NCBI GenBank assembly: GCA_025603075.1
Contig: MU626366.1
Span: 1-64,000 of the forward strand
Source: Neoconidiobolus thromboides FSU 785
Taxonomy: Eukaryota; Fungi; Entomophthoromycota
DNA length: 64,000 bases
Reading direction: 5' to 3'
Shown: positions 12,653 through 31,220 of the stretch, piece after piece
Numbering within the stretch: position 1 is the first letter of the stretch
Layout: each line of letters begins with the position of its first letter
Notes under the pieces: model-generated
What the model was told of the DNA's origin: nothing
What the model saw: only the letters and a program-made list of their open reading frames with translations
Database searches by the model: none
Translations under genes and position numbers: made by a program

Positions 12653-13242
12653 CTAATTGCATTATTTTGCTGTAGAACAGTTAATGAAATACCAATACTA
12701 ACATTTAAATTTAAAGATTGAGAAAATCCAACCATAGGTAATTTAAAACAATAGTCACTATTATTAATACAATAATTACTTAAACCTCTGTTTTCATTAC
12801 CAAACATTAATGCTAATTTTGGTAATTTATTATTATTATTATTCTTTAATTTATTTAATATAGTTTCTAAACTTTGACTATTTTCATTTAAAGTAGATGC
12901 TAATAATAGGATATTTTGTTTTTTTAAATTCAATAAACAATCTTTTGGATGTTGATATCGATTTATTGTTAACCATTTATCTACATTTAAATTACAATTT
13001 TTAGTCATTAATTGATTGAACTTATCAACACTTTCAATTAAATGATAATTTTGAATGCCAAAACAATCTCCTGTTCTTAAACTAGCACTACCATTCATTG
13101 GATCACTTAAATTTTCTAATATAATATTTATACCGTCATTACGTTCATTTAATATGTTTATAAATTTAGTTACTCTTTCTTTTTTAATTACTCTTCTTAA
13201 TACTTTAATGCCAGAGATAAGATTATTGACTTCATAATTCAT
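12406..13242 (-). CDS. SPOUT 2'-O-methyltransferase, TrmH/SpoU family (bacterial type), intronless
   Basis: IILENLSDPMNGSASLRTGDCFGI (motif 1), KWLTI, LALMFGNENRGLS (motif 2), FKLPMVGFSQSLNLNVS (motif 3), followed by a poly-N/acidic insertion. Confidence 0.88.
12607..12651 (-). repeat. (AAT)n microsatellite encoding poly-Asn in the TrmH-like gene
   Basis: About 15 ATT units on the + strand. Confidence 0.95.
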
Positions 13243-13399
13243 TTTTATATATTTAAACTTAAATTTAAATTCAAACTAAAAAAGTGTTTAAAAATAAAAT
13301 AAAGTAAAATTCAAATAAACTCAAATGTTTTTATTCTTTAATAATTTTCAATTTATTTATTATAGTAAAAACAATTCAAAGTTATTAAAATAGTTCTTT

Positions 13400-14082
13400 T
13401 ACTAAATTGTTTTGTGTCTAATGCTTTGTTAAATAAAATACATTGATACAATATATTATTTATTATATGTTATTATAATTATTACTTACTATCATAAAAA
13501 TTATCTATAAAATAAGCAAATGCAATATTGACTTTGATTGATTTTAATAAAATATTTGGTAATATATTATTAATAAGTTTAATTAACTATAAATTATTAG
13601 AACTATTATCATTTGATATAAAAAATAAAGTTTCTATTAAATTAAAAATATTTACTCTAATGAGAATAAATATTATATAAACTATTATTGTAAATTACTA
13701 TAAATTATTATAAATTATTATTATATTAAACTTACTTAACTAATGTTATTTCAATCTTATTTTTGTTTATAAATCTATATCCTTTAACTTCTCTCCTTAC
13801 ATTCTCATTCTTAATATCATTTATAAATTCAATATTATAAAAACAACTATTTCAGTTCTCTCTAATGATTATAACAAATTCAACAACAAGTTAATCTTAT
13901 CGTTAATATTATACATTGTAATAAATCTTTACTTTCTTCCTTTTTCAATAAAATAAACAAATAAATAAATTTCAATTCACTTACTTTGAATTATTTGATG
14001 TTATAAAACCATTTAAAGCTCCTCAATCCATTTTATTTCAATTAGAAATTGTTGCTATCCATAATAAAATTCTATAGTCATT
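13400..14082 (-). pseudogene. Possible decayed multi-exon gene remnant, family unknown
   Basis: Minus-strand GTAAG donors near 13983, 13800, 13735 and 13490. Reading MTIEFYYG*QQFLIEIKWIEEL*MVL*HQIIQ followed by a stop-rich frame ending ...VRREVKGYRFINKNKIEITLVK|. Confidence 0.2.
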
Positions 14083-15597
14083 AATTATTTATTTTCTTAT
14101 AATAAAAAAATAAATCTTTAGTTAAAATCTTTAAAAGTTAATTTTCTATTTTAAAGTATTTTTACTTAATAGTCTAGACTTCTTAGATACTTACGGTGAT
14201 GGTAATAGCCTGCAACAGTAAAATAATTTTTTTGCAAAATAATAAACTGATTCTCAAAAGAGAATTTAAAATAAATCAATTAAAAATAGTTTTGTCAATT
14301 TTAAAAATAATCATTTAATTTACACTTTTTTATATAAAGCTAATATATTAACTTAATATAATATTTAATAAATAAATAGATAAATAAAATTTCTAAAATA
14401 CAAAATTTTGTACAAGTATTGAACTTTTTTTTATAATTAAGTTTACTTAATTTAGTAAAATTCTATTTAACCTAAAATGTAATTTAACTTGTAACTTTAA
14501 TTGAGTTTTAATAAAATATAAATGATTTATTATTATTATATGTGAGTTATCTAAATGTAACATTAACGTCTATTTCGTTTGATTGACCTTCTACTAATAT
14601 ATATTTATAAGTAGTACTTAACTTATTTCAATTATTAATAATCATATCTAATAATTAAGTTATTAAAGTTAAAGCTTGATGTCATCACTGGCTGTTATCA
14701 AATTCAATTACATTTATTACAATACTAACTAATATATCAAATGAAGTTAATTTTGTAACTACTTTCAATTGATTTTATATTATGGGGTATGTAATAATAT
14801 TCTACCTATCTATTATAGTCAATTTGGAACTATTACAATATTAACTTAAAGCATAAAATACAATTTAAATTTTTATAAAGTTAATTTTATATAGTTTTGA
14901 AAACATTAATTTAGACATTCAAAGTTTTTATCAAATTAGCATTTCTAAATAACTCAAATTTCTTTAATATACCTTTTTGTTGAAGTTTTTAGTTAAAATT
15001 TTAAATTCTATTATCTATAAACGTTTGGAATAGATATTCTTTTATTATTTGTATATTTATTCATTTATACTATATATAATTTTTAATTAATATTTATTTA
15101 ACTTATAAGAGGGGCCATCTGATATTCAATCTTCAACATAGTTGGTGCAAAAACTGAAACCAAATCGAAGATATCCAATAAAATTAAAATAAGCAGTATA
15201 CCAATAATATCCCTTAAAAACTTTTCTAGTATGTCTGTTGTCGAACATATATTTGGTTTAAAAATTACTTGATTTGCTCGAATGGACAAATTGTACTCTC
15301 ATCTCACCAAGTAAAGTTCAATGTTAAAATTCATTTTAAACCAATAATTTCAAGCCAATTAGTGTAGCTAAATTAGTTTTAGCAAATTAAAATGAAATTA
15401 TCATATAAATGATTATTAATTGGATAATGCTCCCATAAACTTTGGCTAGTATTGACTAATCAATCCACTGCATCATTGAGTTATGTAAGTATTAAATTTA
15501 TTAAATCTTTTCTTCAAGTTTAGCTAGCTATCCTTTAGTCCTTTTTAAACAACTTACTTAAGGAAACATCATTTCTTACTAATTAAAAAGCATAGTT

Positions 15598-17440
15598 ATG
15601 GCTAATAACAATTATGCAAATCAAAACCCACCTTTGGACCAAATGATGCAATCGCCACGTCCAGGGATGGTATATAATAATAATAATGTAAGGCCTGCTA
15701 ATATGCGACCACTTATGAATGGAAATCAGCAAATTCCAGTTAATCCTGCTTTGGTGCAATACTATTCTTCCCAAAACCTTGCTATGTTTGGCCGAGGGGG
15801 TATGGCTAGACCAATTGGAATGAATCCACAGCAAATGCAAATGCAACTAATGTCTATTAGAGGAGCGATCCCTCCACAATTTTTGAATGCAATGCAAGGG
15901 TCTATGAATGGACAAAGCTTTCAAGGTCAACAATCAATGCCTAATATGGGTTTAATGCAACATCCTGCCATTGTTACCCAAAACCAACAATTGAATCAAG
16001 CTAAGCCTAATCCTCAACCACAAATGCCACCACAGCAAACACCTAAAGGTCCTCCATCTCTTATTACAAATCAATCTAACCCACCTTCAGAACAGCAACC
16101 AACTCCAGCTGCACAAAACCCTTCTACGATCCCTACTCCAGTACCAGTACCAGTACAGGCCCAAGTTCCAACCTTAGCTCAAGTAGTACCTCAAGTTCTT
16201 CCACAAATGGTTAATCCACTTACTCTAGGAAAGTCAAATGCTTTTGAAAATGAAGGGAATTTAAGTTTCTTTGAAGCTGAGCATTATTTTCGAACATGTT
16301 TAGATTCTTTTTCTGAAGAAGGTGAGAATCTTGCTACAGCTAGTTATTGGAATACATTTGTTGAGAACCATTTTTCACCAGATTCCTTTATTATTATGAA
16401 ATATGATACTGGAAAACCTGGAGTTCCAACTTATAACTTTTTGAGTGACCATCGTATGTCAAGATTTCTTTTAAGGGCTCCATACTCCGTTGGTGCTACT
16501 CGTATTAATTATGTACTATCGAAACCAAAATTTGATAGATATGAAGATGTAGTAGAAATCTTTTATAATAATTGTGAAATAATTACCGAATATCCTCATC
16601 TTACTACTATCTCTAAAGGTACATTTAAGGTAATTATTGGAAATAATAAAAAATTGGTAGCATGGGAAATTATTATAAATAGTTGCACTGAAACTATGGA
16701 TCGTGAATTATTGGATCAAACATTTTCTACTCCACATGGTATTAATGGAGCTTCAGATCCATTAAATAATCCCTTTACTTTAAATGATGTTGAATCCAAG
16801 TTCCCTGGTGTAATAGTTGACTATTTAATTGATAATAGAATAGTTACAAAGCTTGAGGTAATATAATATTAACAGTTTAACTTAAGCCTAAACCTTTTAG
16901 GCATTTAAAGCTACTTATAAACTTAAAATTCCAATTATTGGACATGGGGCTACTTCTGTTCCACTTAAAGGTGATTTATTTTTAATTTATTTATTTATTT
17001 ATTCTAATTCCTTTAGATTGTTTTGAAAGGGTACTTGAATCCTTTAAGCAATCAAGTGGTACAAATTCATTTTCAGTGGCACCTGGAGGAAATAAAGCAC
17101 CTCGTGTTACTCCTAAATCTAATAAACGTGGTGCAGAAAATGGACAAGCTAATTCTACTAATTTTAGTCATAATTTTCAAAATCCAATTCCAAATACTGG
17201 AACAATGATGTTTAATCATACTAATATGCAACAGCCTATGATCAATGGTCAATTTGTTAATCCAAATGGTAATAAACTTTATATTATTATTGATTTATTT
17301 ACCTTAATTTAGAAGTTACTAGCAAGAGAGGTAGGGGTGGTGGAGGTACAAGGGGAACACGTCGTGGTAGGGGCCAAGGAGGTGCTAAGTCACGTAAGCA
17401 ATCTACAATTAAAACTCCAAAGGGGGAAGGAGGTCAATAA
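15598..17440 (+). CDS. Putative transcriptional co-regulator with Q/M/P-rich N-terminus and LIM-domain-binding (LDB/Mfg1/Adn1-like) domain
   Basis: 422-aa first exon: prion-like N-terminus, then ...SYWNTFVENHFSPDS...RFLLRAPYSVGATRINYVL... resembling LIM_bind. Short downstream exons end in an RGG-rich tail (TAA 17438-17440). Confidence 0.55.
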
Positions 17441-17865
17441 GTTAATCTTAATTACCATAAATACCTGAATTGACGTGAAACCAAGTTTAAAACATATTAT
17501 AAATAAGTGATAATCAGATTGCTTGTATTTATTGTTGAGACAAATTGGTTAAAATTATTTATCCTTTTAATAATCAAAAAGGTCCTTGACACTTCTATTA
17601 AACTTACTCTGGAGAGTAAATTAAAACACACTATCATCAAATTAATATTTAATTTAATATTGTTCTAGCTGCATAAAATTATTTTCTCTTTCCTTCCCTA
17701 CCAAGTTTTTGATACTTTCATTTAATGTAATTTTGATTAATAAATAAATTTAGCTTAATAGAATTTTATAGTTTCAAATCAATTTCAATAAATATTATAA
17801 ATTATATTCTATTCTAAATTTTAACTATATTATTATAATTTTTTAAAATTAAGAATAAAAAATAC

Positions 17866-17944
17866 AAGGATATCTTTTTTCATTTTTTTATGCAATATTA
17901 AAGTTAGAATGATTTTTTAAAATTCTTAAAACATAGACATCACT
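17866..17944 (+). mobile_element. Highly decayed, internally deleted MITE copy
   Basis: AAGGATATCTTTTTTCATTTTTTTATGCAATATTAAAGTTAGAA...TAAAATTCTTAAAACATAGACATCACT follows the consensus order. Confidence 0.4.
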
Positions 17945-18857
17945 TTACTATTCTTTTGATAAGTTCTATAAAAGATTTAATACCAAATTAATTAATGTAA
18001 TGCCACACTTTAGTATCACATTGTTGCTTATATTGAAATGGAAATTTTTAACTCCATTAAAGCAATTATTTTACAAAATTATAAAATTTTCAATAATTTA
18101 ATTTAAAAATAATACAAATATACCATTTATATAATCCTCTTTTTTTAATTAAATAAATTTAATAATTTAAAAATGAAATAGATATTATCAACATTAATAT
18201 AGTATTCCTTTTTTGATGTATTTATAAATGAAATTATTATAAAACTTTGAGATTTATTATAATAAAATTGTTAAAATTACAAAAAATCAAATTTCAAGTT
18301 TTAATAACTTTATTACTAATATATCTTAATAGGTTATTTATCAATAAATATATTAGCTCTTTTTAGTATTTTTTAATATAAGATTTAAAGACGTTGAATT
18401 TTTAATATTCTTAAAGATAAAGTTAAAATTGATTAATTGATTAATTGATTATGAAAAAAAGGGAAGAGCTTTTAATATTTAAAAAAAGGAGTTAAATCTT
18501 CCGAACCCTTAGACTAAAAAGTGGGCTTGTTGATAAAAAAAAAAAGAAAAAGAAGTAGTTGTTATTATTTTAATTTTTTACTATAATTTTAATAACATTT
18601 GAATCTAATACTATATTTTACTCATATATAATTTAATAATTTCATATTATTGACATAAATTTCGTAATATTTAAAAGTATAAATACTTGTGGAAAATTAA
18701 AGGCATAAAAAGTAATTAGCCAATAATTAAATAAAGATAAAAGGTGAAGGAGAATCATCCACTAGAATTTTCAGCTTAATTTAGTTCACTTAATTCTATA
18801 GATTAATATAAATTACGCCACTATCATAAAACAAATAATTCAATTTAAATAATATTA

Positions 18858-20478
18858 ATGAGTTCAAGTCATCGTTCAAGATCTCAATCTCCAGATCCTA
18901 AGAAATTGAATAGAAGAATTTCTTTTAATGGTAAAATCATATAATGGATTTATTAATAATATTATTAAGATCTAAATTTATAGCTAAATCATATTGGGAT
19001 GAATTAAGTAAGAAAAGGGAAAAATATGAAAGAGAAAGAAGCTCATTATCAATTTATACTTCACCTTTAAAGGTTTTAGGCTACTTTTTATTATATGCGT
19101 TAGATAAACTAGTTTTTATGATAAAGGTGTTAAGGAATAATAGATTTACATTGTCTATAACACTTATGATGTTTTGTATCCTTTATTCTTCTTTATTTTA
19201 TGAAGGACCCCATAAAATAGTAATTTTCTTTTTTAAAAAAAATGATTTAATCAAAATAATTGTTAAATATTCCTAACATTTAATCATTAATAGTTGATGG
19301 AAGTAATAAAAGGAGAAGTTAAGTTTTATGGATATTGGTTGTTGCTAGGAATTGCATCATCAATCGGATTAGGTACTGGACTGCATACATTTGTATTATT
19401 TTTAGGACCACATGTTGCTGAAATTACAATGGTAGCTTATGAATGTGGGTCTTTAGATTTTGATATAAGAGGAGAGAATAAGTAATTGCATATATAACTT
19501 AAGATTAAATATAACAATTAATAGATTCATATGTCAACCAGACTTAACAAATTCAAATATTGCAATTACACCATTCTTAATTTTATTGAAAGTACTTCCG
19601 CAATCTATTATTTGGGGATTTGGTACTGCATTAGGGGAATTACCTCCCTATTTTATTGCAAGGGCAGGTAAATTTTTTACAAACCAATGAAATAAAGTAG
19701 CTCATATTAATAGCTGCATACGCTGGTAAAGGAAATGAAGAACTAGAACAACTTGAACAATTAAGTCAAAAAGATATTACTAAATTAAGTTATAAACAAA
19801 GGTTATTTTTGACTGTATATCAATTGTTAAAAATAACCGGGTTTATGGGGATTTTCATTTGTGCATCGGTATAAATTTATTGTTTTATTAAAACAAATAA
19901 TAACTTTTTTTAGATTCCTAATCCATTATTTGATTTAGCTGGAATAACATGTGGTCATTTTATGATCCCATTTTCTACATTTTTTTCTGCTGTTGTACTT
20001 GGAAAAGCTTTCGTAAAATCAAGTCTACAAGTATATATTTTACTTATTTTAACAAATTTAGATTAATATATCTATTAGGTACTAATAATAATAGTCATGT
20101 TTTCAAAAGAAACAATACAAAAAATATTGGAATTTTTCAGACCACGTATACCATTTTTATATGACATGCTAGTAAAAATGATAAGTGAACAAACAAAAGT
20201 AATTAGAGAAGGAAATAAATCGACTTCAAATAATGTAATATTTATTATTATAATTATATAAATTAATGTTAATAGCTGTTTTATCTTAGAATGAAAGTAA
20301 TGGTATTATACCGTTATTGTGGAATAGTTTAATTGCATTAATGATGCTTTATTTTTTATTTTCAATTATTGAATCTTTAGCTTTAACTTACCTTCAACAA
20401 ACTCAGGAAACAGAATTAAGTAAACTAGAAAAAAGAAAAAAGAAAAAACATTCAAGGTCAAATTCCGTTTATTTTTAA
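18858..20478 (+). CDS. VMP1: Vacuole membrane protein 1 (VMP1/TMEM49) scramblase, multi-exon
   Basis: [29 protein letters not shown]; [18 protein letters not shown]; [21 protein letters not shown]...LGKA. Confidence 0.95.
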
Positions 20479-20833
20479 AATATTAATAAATATGCCTAAA
20501 TATTATATCATACTATATTATAATTTAAATATAAATTTAGTACCTTTTTTGGTTTAAAATTACAATTGACATTGTTTATAATAGCGTGATATTTAACTTA
20601 AATAAACTAGTATTTCTAATAATTAATATTTTTAAGTAATGTCACCTGATTCTTTTAATAAAGATATTGTCAGAGTTATTTTAATAATATTATCACTATT
20701 TTTATATATATTAATATTTTTAATATTTTTTATTGTATAATACTTATGCTAATTATTTCATTTCTATTTTATTATTCAGGTACCCAATAAATTTGTTATT
20801 TAAATTAAATACTATTTGGATTGCTTTAAATGA

Positions 20834-20843
20834 ATTGGCCAAT
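20834..20843. promoter_or_regulatory. Palindromic double CCAAT (ATTGGCCAAT) upstream of DED1
   Basis: TGAATTGGCCAATGA about 390 bp upstream of the ATG; the same palindrome lies upstream of SEC27. Confidence 0.4.
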
Positions 20844-21236
20844 GAAAGTTAATTTGAGGCTATAGTTTTTTTTTTTTTATAAACTCCCTTAATTAACTAA
20901 TTTCACCCCATTAAAATTTAAAAATATGTAAATTAGATAGATTACAACATGCTTATAGTATTTTTCTTATCGGCCAATTAAATGATTGAAGTCGAAGTTG
21001 GACATTTTAATTGGGTAATTAGTTGAGGAGATAAGTTCTAAAAAATGCAAAGCTAACAACTAAAATAAAAATAAATAAAAATACCTCTTTTACAAAAAAA
21101 ATAATAAATTTTTATAATTAAAAAGGTAAATTTTAAAACAATAATAGTTCAGTATATTTAAACTTTGGTTTATTTAATATCTAATAATAGAGTTTAAATA
21201 ATTTCTTTTAATAGATATTTGTAATATTTAACCAAA

Positions 21237-23254
<2,018 letters not shown>

Positions 23255-23836
23255 ACAAATCAAACCATCTCGATATAAAGCGGTAAGATAACTTTTTTAT
23301 CTACCCTTTGGCAATTCCTATTATCATCTCAACTTTATTGATCTATCTCATTTTGAGTTAGATTAATTAATCTCTCATTTACCCTTCAACTACCTAGATC
23401 TAATTTTTCTTGTGTTATGTATATATTGGTACTTTTTGTTTTTTACCCTTATGGGGCATTTTAGAATTCAATCCTTCAAACCTGCTCTTAAAATTATTCA
23501 AAAATTACTAATTTTTCCTCCTTAGTGCCTTCCATAAATACATATTCGCACCCCAAGGTTTCTAATTTCCTTCCATCATCATTTACACTTCTCTCCTTTT
23601 ATAGAATTTTTGCGTTGAGCTGATAAAAGTAAATCTATATTATAATAACTTCAAACTTTATTTCTTTTGTATTATTTCATTTATTCATATTAATTTAAGA
23701 TAGTGATAGTATAATTAAACTCGAAAGTAAAATGTTACAAAAACAGTATAAATTTTGAGTAAACTATAAAGTGCGTTTGATATAATATACATAAATAATT
23801 AGCTTAAAATAAACTTTATATAAAAATGATAAATAT

Positions 23837-23935
23837 GGGGATGTATTTTTGTATTTAAGAATTTTTCCAACAATTTTTCCACTCAAACAACGCTTAAAAA
23901 AAGAAAAAAGTAATGAAGCCAAAAAAAACATCCCT
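23837..23935 (-). mobile_element. MITE copy (reverse orientation)
   Basis: ATAT|GGGGATGTATTTTTG...CCACTCAAACAACGCTT...AAAAAACATCCCT|ATAT. Confidence 0.9.
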
Positions 23936-23979
23936 ATATAATAAAAGAATAACAAGGAAGACTTTATGGTAAGTTTTAA

Positions 23980-25091
23980 TCATTTATAAACAATTAATTT
24001 GAATGTGGCTTTTTTTCTAAATGAATTTTCAATTTTTGATGAAAGTTGTATTGATGGACAAAACAGTAAATACTTCAAATCTTTCCATTCTTCGATAAAC
24101 CGATGTAATTCTAATAATCTAGTTTGAATGCCTTTAATACCTAAATATTTTAATTTAGGAAGCAACTCTTTAAGGGGTTTCAACTCTTTATATAGATCGG
24201 TAATATCATCACTTATACGATTGAGGTGTAAGGTAAGGCTAGTAATATTAGGTGTAGCATTTTTCCTTGAAAAAAGGTTTATGAGATCAGAAATATCAAA
24301 ATCAAACCATAAACCTAACTCTAGAGTAGTAATATTTTCATAAAGTTGACCAAAGATGGGCTCTATTGTATCAAGCTCAAAGTCGATTTGGTCAATCTTT
24401 AAGCTTTGTAATGTTGAATTGATTCTTTTCATTATTTTCAATAAACTCGATGATGTGTAATTTCGAAACGAACAAAGTGAAAGCGCTTTTAACTTTGGTA
24501 AATTTTTTAATAATTTACAAAGTATCAAAGGACTAACTCTAGAAAGATGTTGAACGTTTAACTCAACCAAAGTTTCACTTAATGATTCTGATAATAATTC
24601 GAATGCTATAAATATTTAGTATAATACAACAAAAATTAAAATGACTTACAATAATCTGTTAAATTGTAATTATTATTTAAAGTGAGAGATTTTAATTTTT
24701 TATGTGATATTAAATTTAACAATAAATTATCATATAAATGAACCACATTAGAAGCAATTAGTTTTTCTAAATAAGGACCTAAAACATTAAATGTTACCTC
24801 TAATAGTTCATAAGATATTAAAGATAAAAAAGATAAATCTAGACATTTGATCATTTCCAACCTTGTAAAATTCATATTGTTTCTTGAATTTATAAGGGAA
24901 CCAAGTAAAATCTCTAACCTAGAGATATAGCATAGACGTAATGTTTCATAAATATAGGGCAGAATGCAATGATAATTCCTTTTATTGGTCATTGCTATAT
25001 TTATCAGTATGTCCTTATCTTCAACTTTGTCAAAACATTTTACAACCATTTCAAATAATTCTGGTGGTAATCTTTCTGTTGATTGAGTCAT
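23980..25091 (-). CDS. F-box / RNI-like leucine-rich-repeat protein, 2 exons
   Basis: N-terminal RLPPELFEMVVKCF F-box-like motif. The two ORF-track pieces join in frame over an intron at about 24606-24648 (TDY|SFELLSESLSETLVELN). LxxLxL repeats follow. Confidence 0.75.
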
Positions 25092-25360
25092 CTATGCTGA
25101 GTTTAGTATTATTATACCCTTAAAATCCTTTATATGTGTCTCGAAAATAATTAGCTTGTTTTATTATTGTTGTTTATATGAAATTAAACTTCACTCAATA
25201 TGGGTTTGAAGTAAAGCTATGAATTCTTCTCTAAATCAATTAATTCAAAAGCTTAAAATACTATTTAAATAGCCTAAAATGATTGGAACGAAAAGCATTA
25301 GCTATAATTTGCCTTATTTGCGTATAGGTTTAAGCAAACTCAACTCATCATTTTTTAAAA

Positions 25361-28666
<3,306 letters not shown>

Positions 28667-29177
28667 TAAATAAGAAATTAGTTATACTGCTAAATATCAC
28701 ACTATTATAATATGTGGATGTTCTTTACCTATTACTCTTTGCTATTTTTTTAAAACTTAGATATTAATTAACTAATGCAACTATTTAAGTTTAAATATGC
28801 ACTGTTAATGAAGAATTTTATAAGCAATCATTTGTTCTATCATGATGTTAATTTGAGACTTGTTAATTTTAAATTTAAATTTAAAATAAACAATTAACTA
28901 ATATACATCCAAGCTTGAACAATGTATTGGTTAATTTCTAAAATTAGAAAATAGAAAAAACATCCTGATATGCTATTCCTCACATTTAAATATTAATCGC
29001 ATCTTTGATTATGTTACTATTGATGTATTTACATTTTGTGACTATAAATAGGCTTTAATATTTGATTAAAATTCAAATTATTTTGCATGGATTTAAGTTC
29101 AACTTTAAGTCTAAATCAAAACCATGAATTATTAAAATGAAACTTTTAACTTATTAAAATCTAACTTTATCTTTGAA

Positions 29178-31097
29178 ATGGGTAAATGGACTGATAAACT
29201 ATATATAACTCATAGTGAATGGGCAAATGAATATGGGGGAAGTTCCTTTGGTGGGTTAAAAAAGAAAAAGCAAGAGATAGGGTTTAAAAGGTTACCATTT
29301 TATTGTTGCGCAATTTCATTACAACCCTTTGAAACTCCATACGCTACACCTGAAGGACATGTATTTGATTTAGAAAATATAGTTCCCTATTTAAAAGAGT
29401 TTGGTACCAATCCAATTACAGGGAATAAGTTAGAAGCTAAAGATCTATTCCCATTAGAGTTTCATAAGAATAATGAAGGTAAGATGGAAATAAGAAACTA
29501 AATAGCAATTTTTTAAGGTATTCGATTAGGGAAATATTGCTGCCCTGTAACTTACAAAATATTCACAGATCATACGCATATTGTAGCTAATAAGGTATCT
29601 GGCCAAGTTTATGCGTATGAAACGATCGAAAAACTAAACTTTAAAGAAAAACTATTCAAAGATCTTGTTACAGATCAAGACTTTAAAAAAGCAGATATTA
29701 TTACATTACAGGATCCTCATAATGTAGAAAACAGAAACCTAAATAATTTCAAGCACATAAAAAATGCACTTAAAGGTATAAATAATTATTTATTTATTTC
29801 ATTAGTTATTAATTTAGAATAGTTCCCATTAAAGATAATTCTTCTTCTATCAACTTATCAAGCTCAGCTAAAAGAATATTAGCCGATGCTAATAAGACTA
29901 CTGAGCCTTTAAAGAAGGTATTGTGTTTTTTCTTTATATATTATGTAACTAATTCATTCATAGAAAATGATGCAAAGTGAAATAGAACTTAAAGAAAAAG
30001 AAAAGACTGATATGACTAGCAAGTCTGATAACGCAACCAGACATTCACAAGGGAGAGTAGCAGCCTCTTTTACTTCAATGGGCATGACCCCGGTTACTGT
30101 CAATGAAACAGCTTATTTAAGTAACGAACAGCTGATGTTTCAAAAGATTAAAAGCAAAGGGTATTGTTCTATTACAACAAATTATGGTGATATAAATTTA
30201 GAGCTTCACTGTGATATTGTAAGTCACTATTAATAACTTGACTTTATATTAACTGTTTTAGACACCAAAAACATGCTATAATTTTATAATGTTAGCTAAG
30301 AAAGGGTATTATGATGGTGTATCCTTTCATCGTTTGATTTCTAACTTCATGGTAATGGATAATAATTTAATTTCTGTAATTTTCTGATTTATTTTAGATT
30401 CAAGGTGGTGATCCTAGCGGAACTGGTAAAGGTGGGGAATCGTATTGGAAAGAGGATTTCGAAGATGAACTTAAAAATAAACTCTCACATGATTCAAGGG
30501 GAATATTAGCAATGGCCAATAAAGGGAAAAACACTAATAACTCACAATTGTAAGTATAATGTAATTTATGAATATAGTACCGATGCTGATATTAGTTCTA
30601 TTTTAGTTATATTACTTTTAGAGCATGTTCTCATCTTGATGGCAAGCATACAATCTTTGGGAAAGTGGTAGGCGGAAAGCCAGTATTAGACGCTTTAGAA
30701 CGTATTGAAACTGATCAAAAAGATAAGCCAAGGCATAAAATAACTATTGAAAAAATCAAAGTATTTGTTAATCCTTTTGATGAGCATCAAAAAAATGAAC
30801 AAGAAAGGGAAAAAATGGAACAGGAAAGGCAGCAAATCGTTCAAAAGAAGAAAGAAGATGTAATATATTACTTCATTTTTAATAAATTATTAATATGTGA
30901 TTTAGGACTCTACAACTGTATTTGGTACTAAATTAACTGGATCCAAAAGTATTAAAGAGTCAACTAAGCATATTGGTAAATATCTAAACAAGGAATCTAT
31001 TACTGCTCAAATTAAACAAGAAAACAAAAATAACACTAAAGCCACTATGACATCAACCAAAAAGAGTGGTAATTACGGAAATTTCGATAAATTCTAA
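29178..31097 (+). CDS. PPIL2: U-box cyclophilin PPIL2/CYP60
   Basis: [15 protein letters not shown]; [14 protein letters not shown] (U-box); [29 protein letters not shown]; [17 protein letters not shown]. Confidence 0.95.
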
Positions 31098-31220
31098 TAA
31101 AGTTGTTTAAATTAAAATTTATTTCCTTTAAATCGATCTGATAAAGCGATTTTTAAGCATAATATTTATGATTATATTATAAAGTTCTGTGATTGAAAAA
31201 CTAAATACTTTTTGATTAAA

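Noticed and set aside
13980-14080. Frame reading ISN*NKMD*GALNGF, suggesting TGA read as Trp
   Set aside because: Verified genes use TGG for Trp and TGA as stop (SEC27, F-box gene); no support for a variant code.
14184-14200. ATACTTACGG, resembling the U1 snRNA 5' end
   Set aside because: No U1 stem-loops or Sm site follow; it is simply the reverse complement of a GTAAGTAT donor-like sequence.
15098-15289. 63-aa minus-strand ORF with a hydrophobic stretch
   Set aside because: Starts at TTG just after a stop; no recognisable motif or convincing upstream exon.
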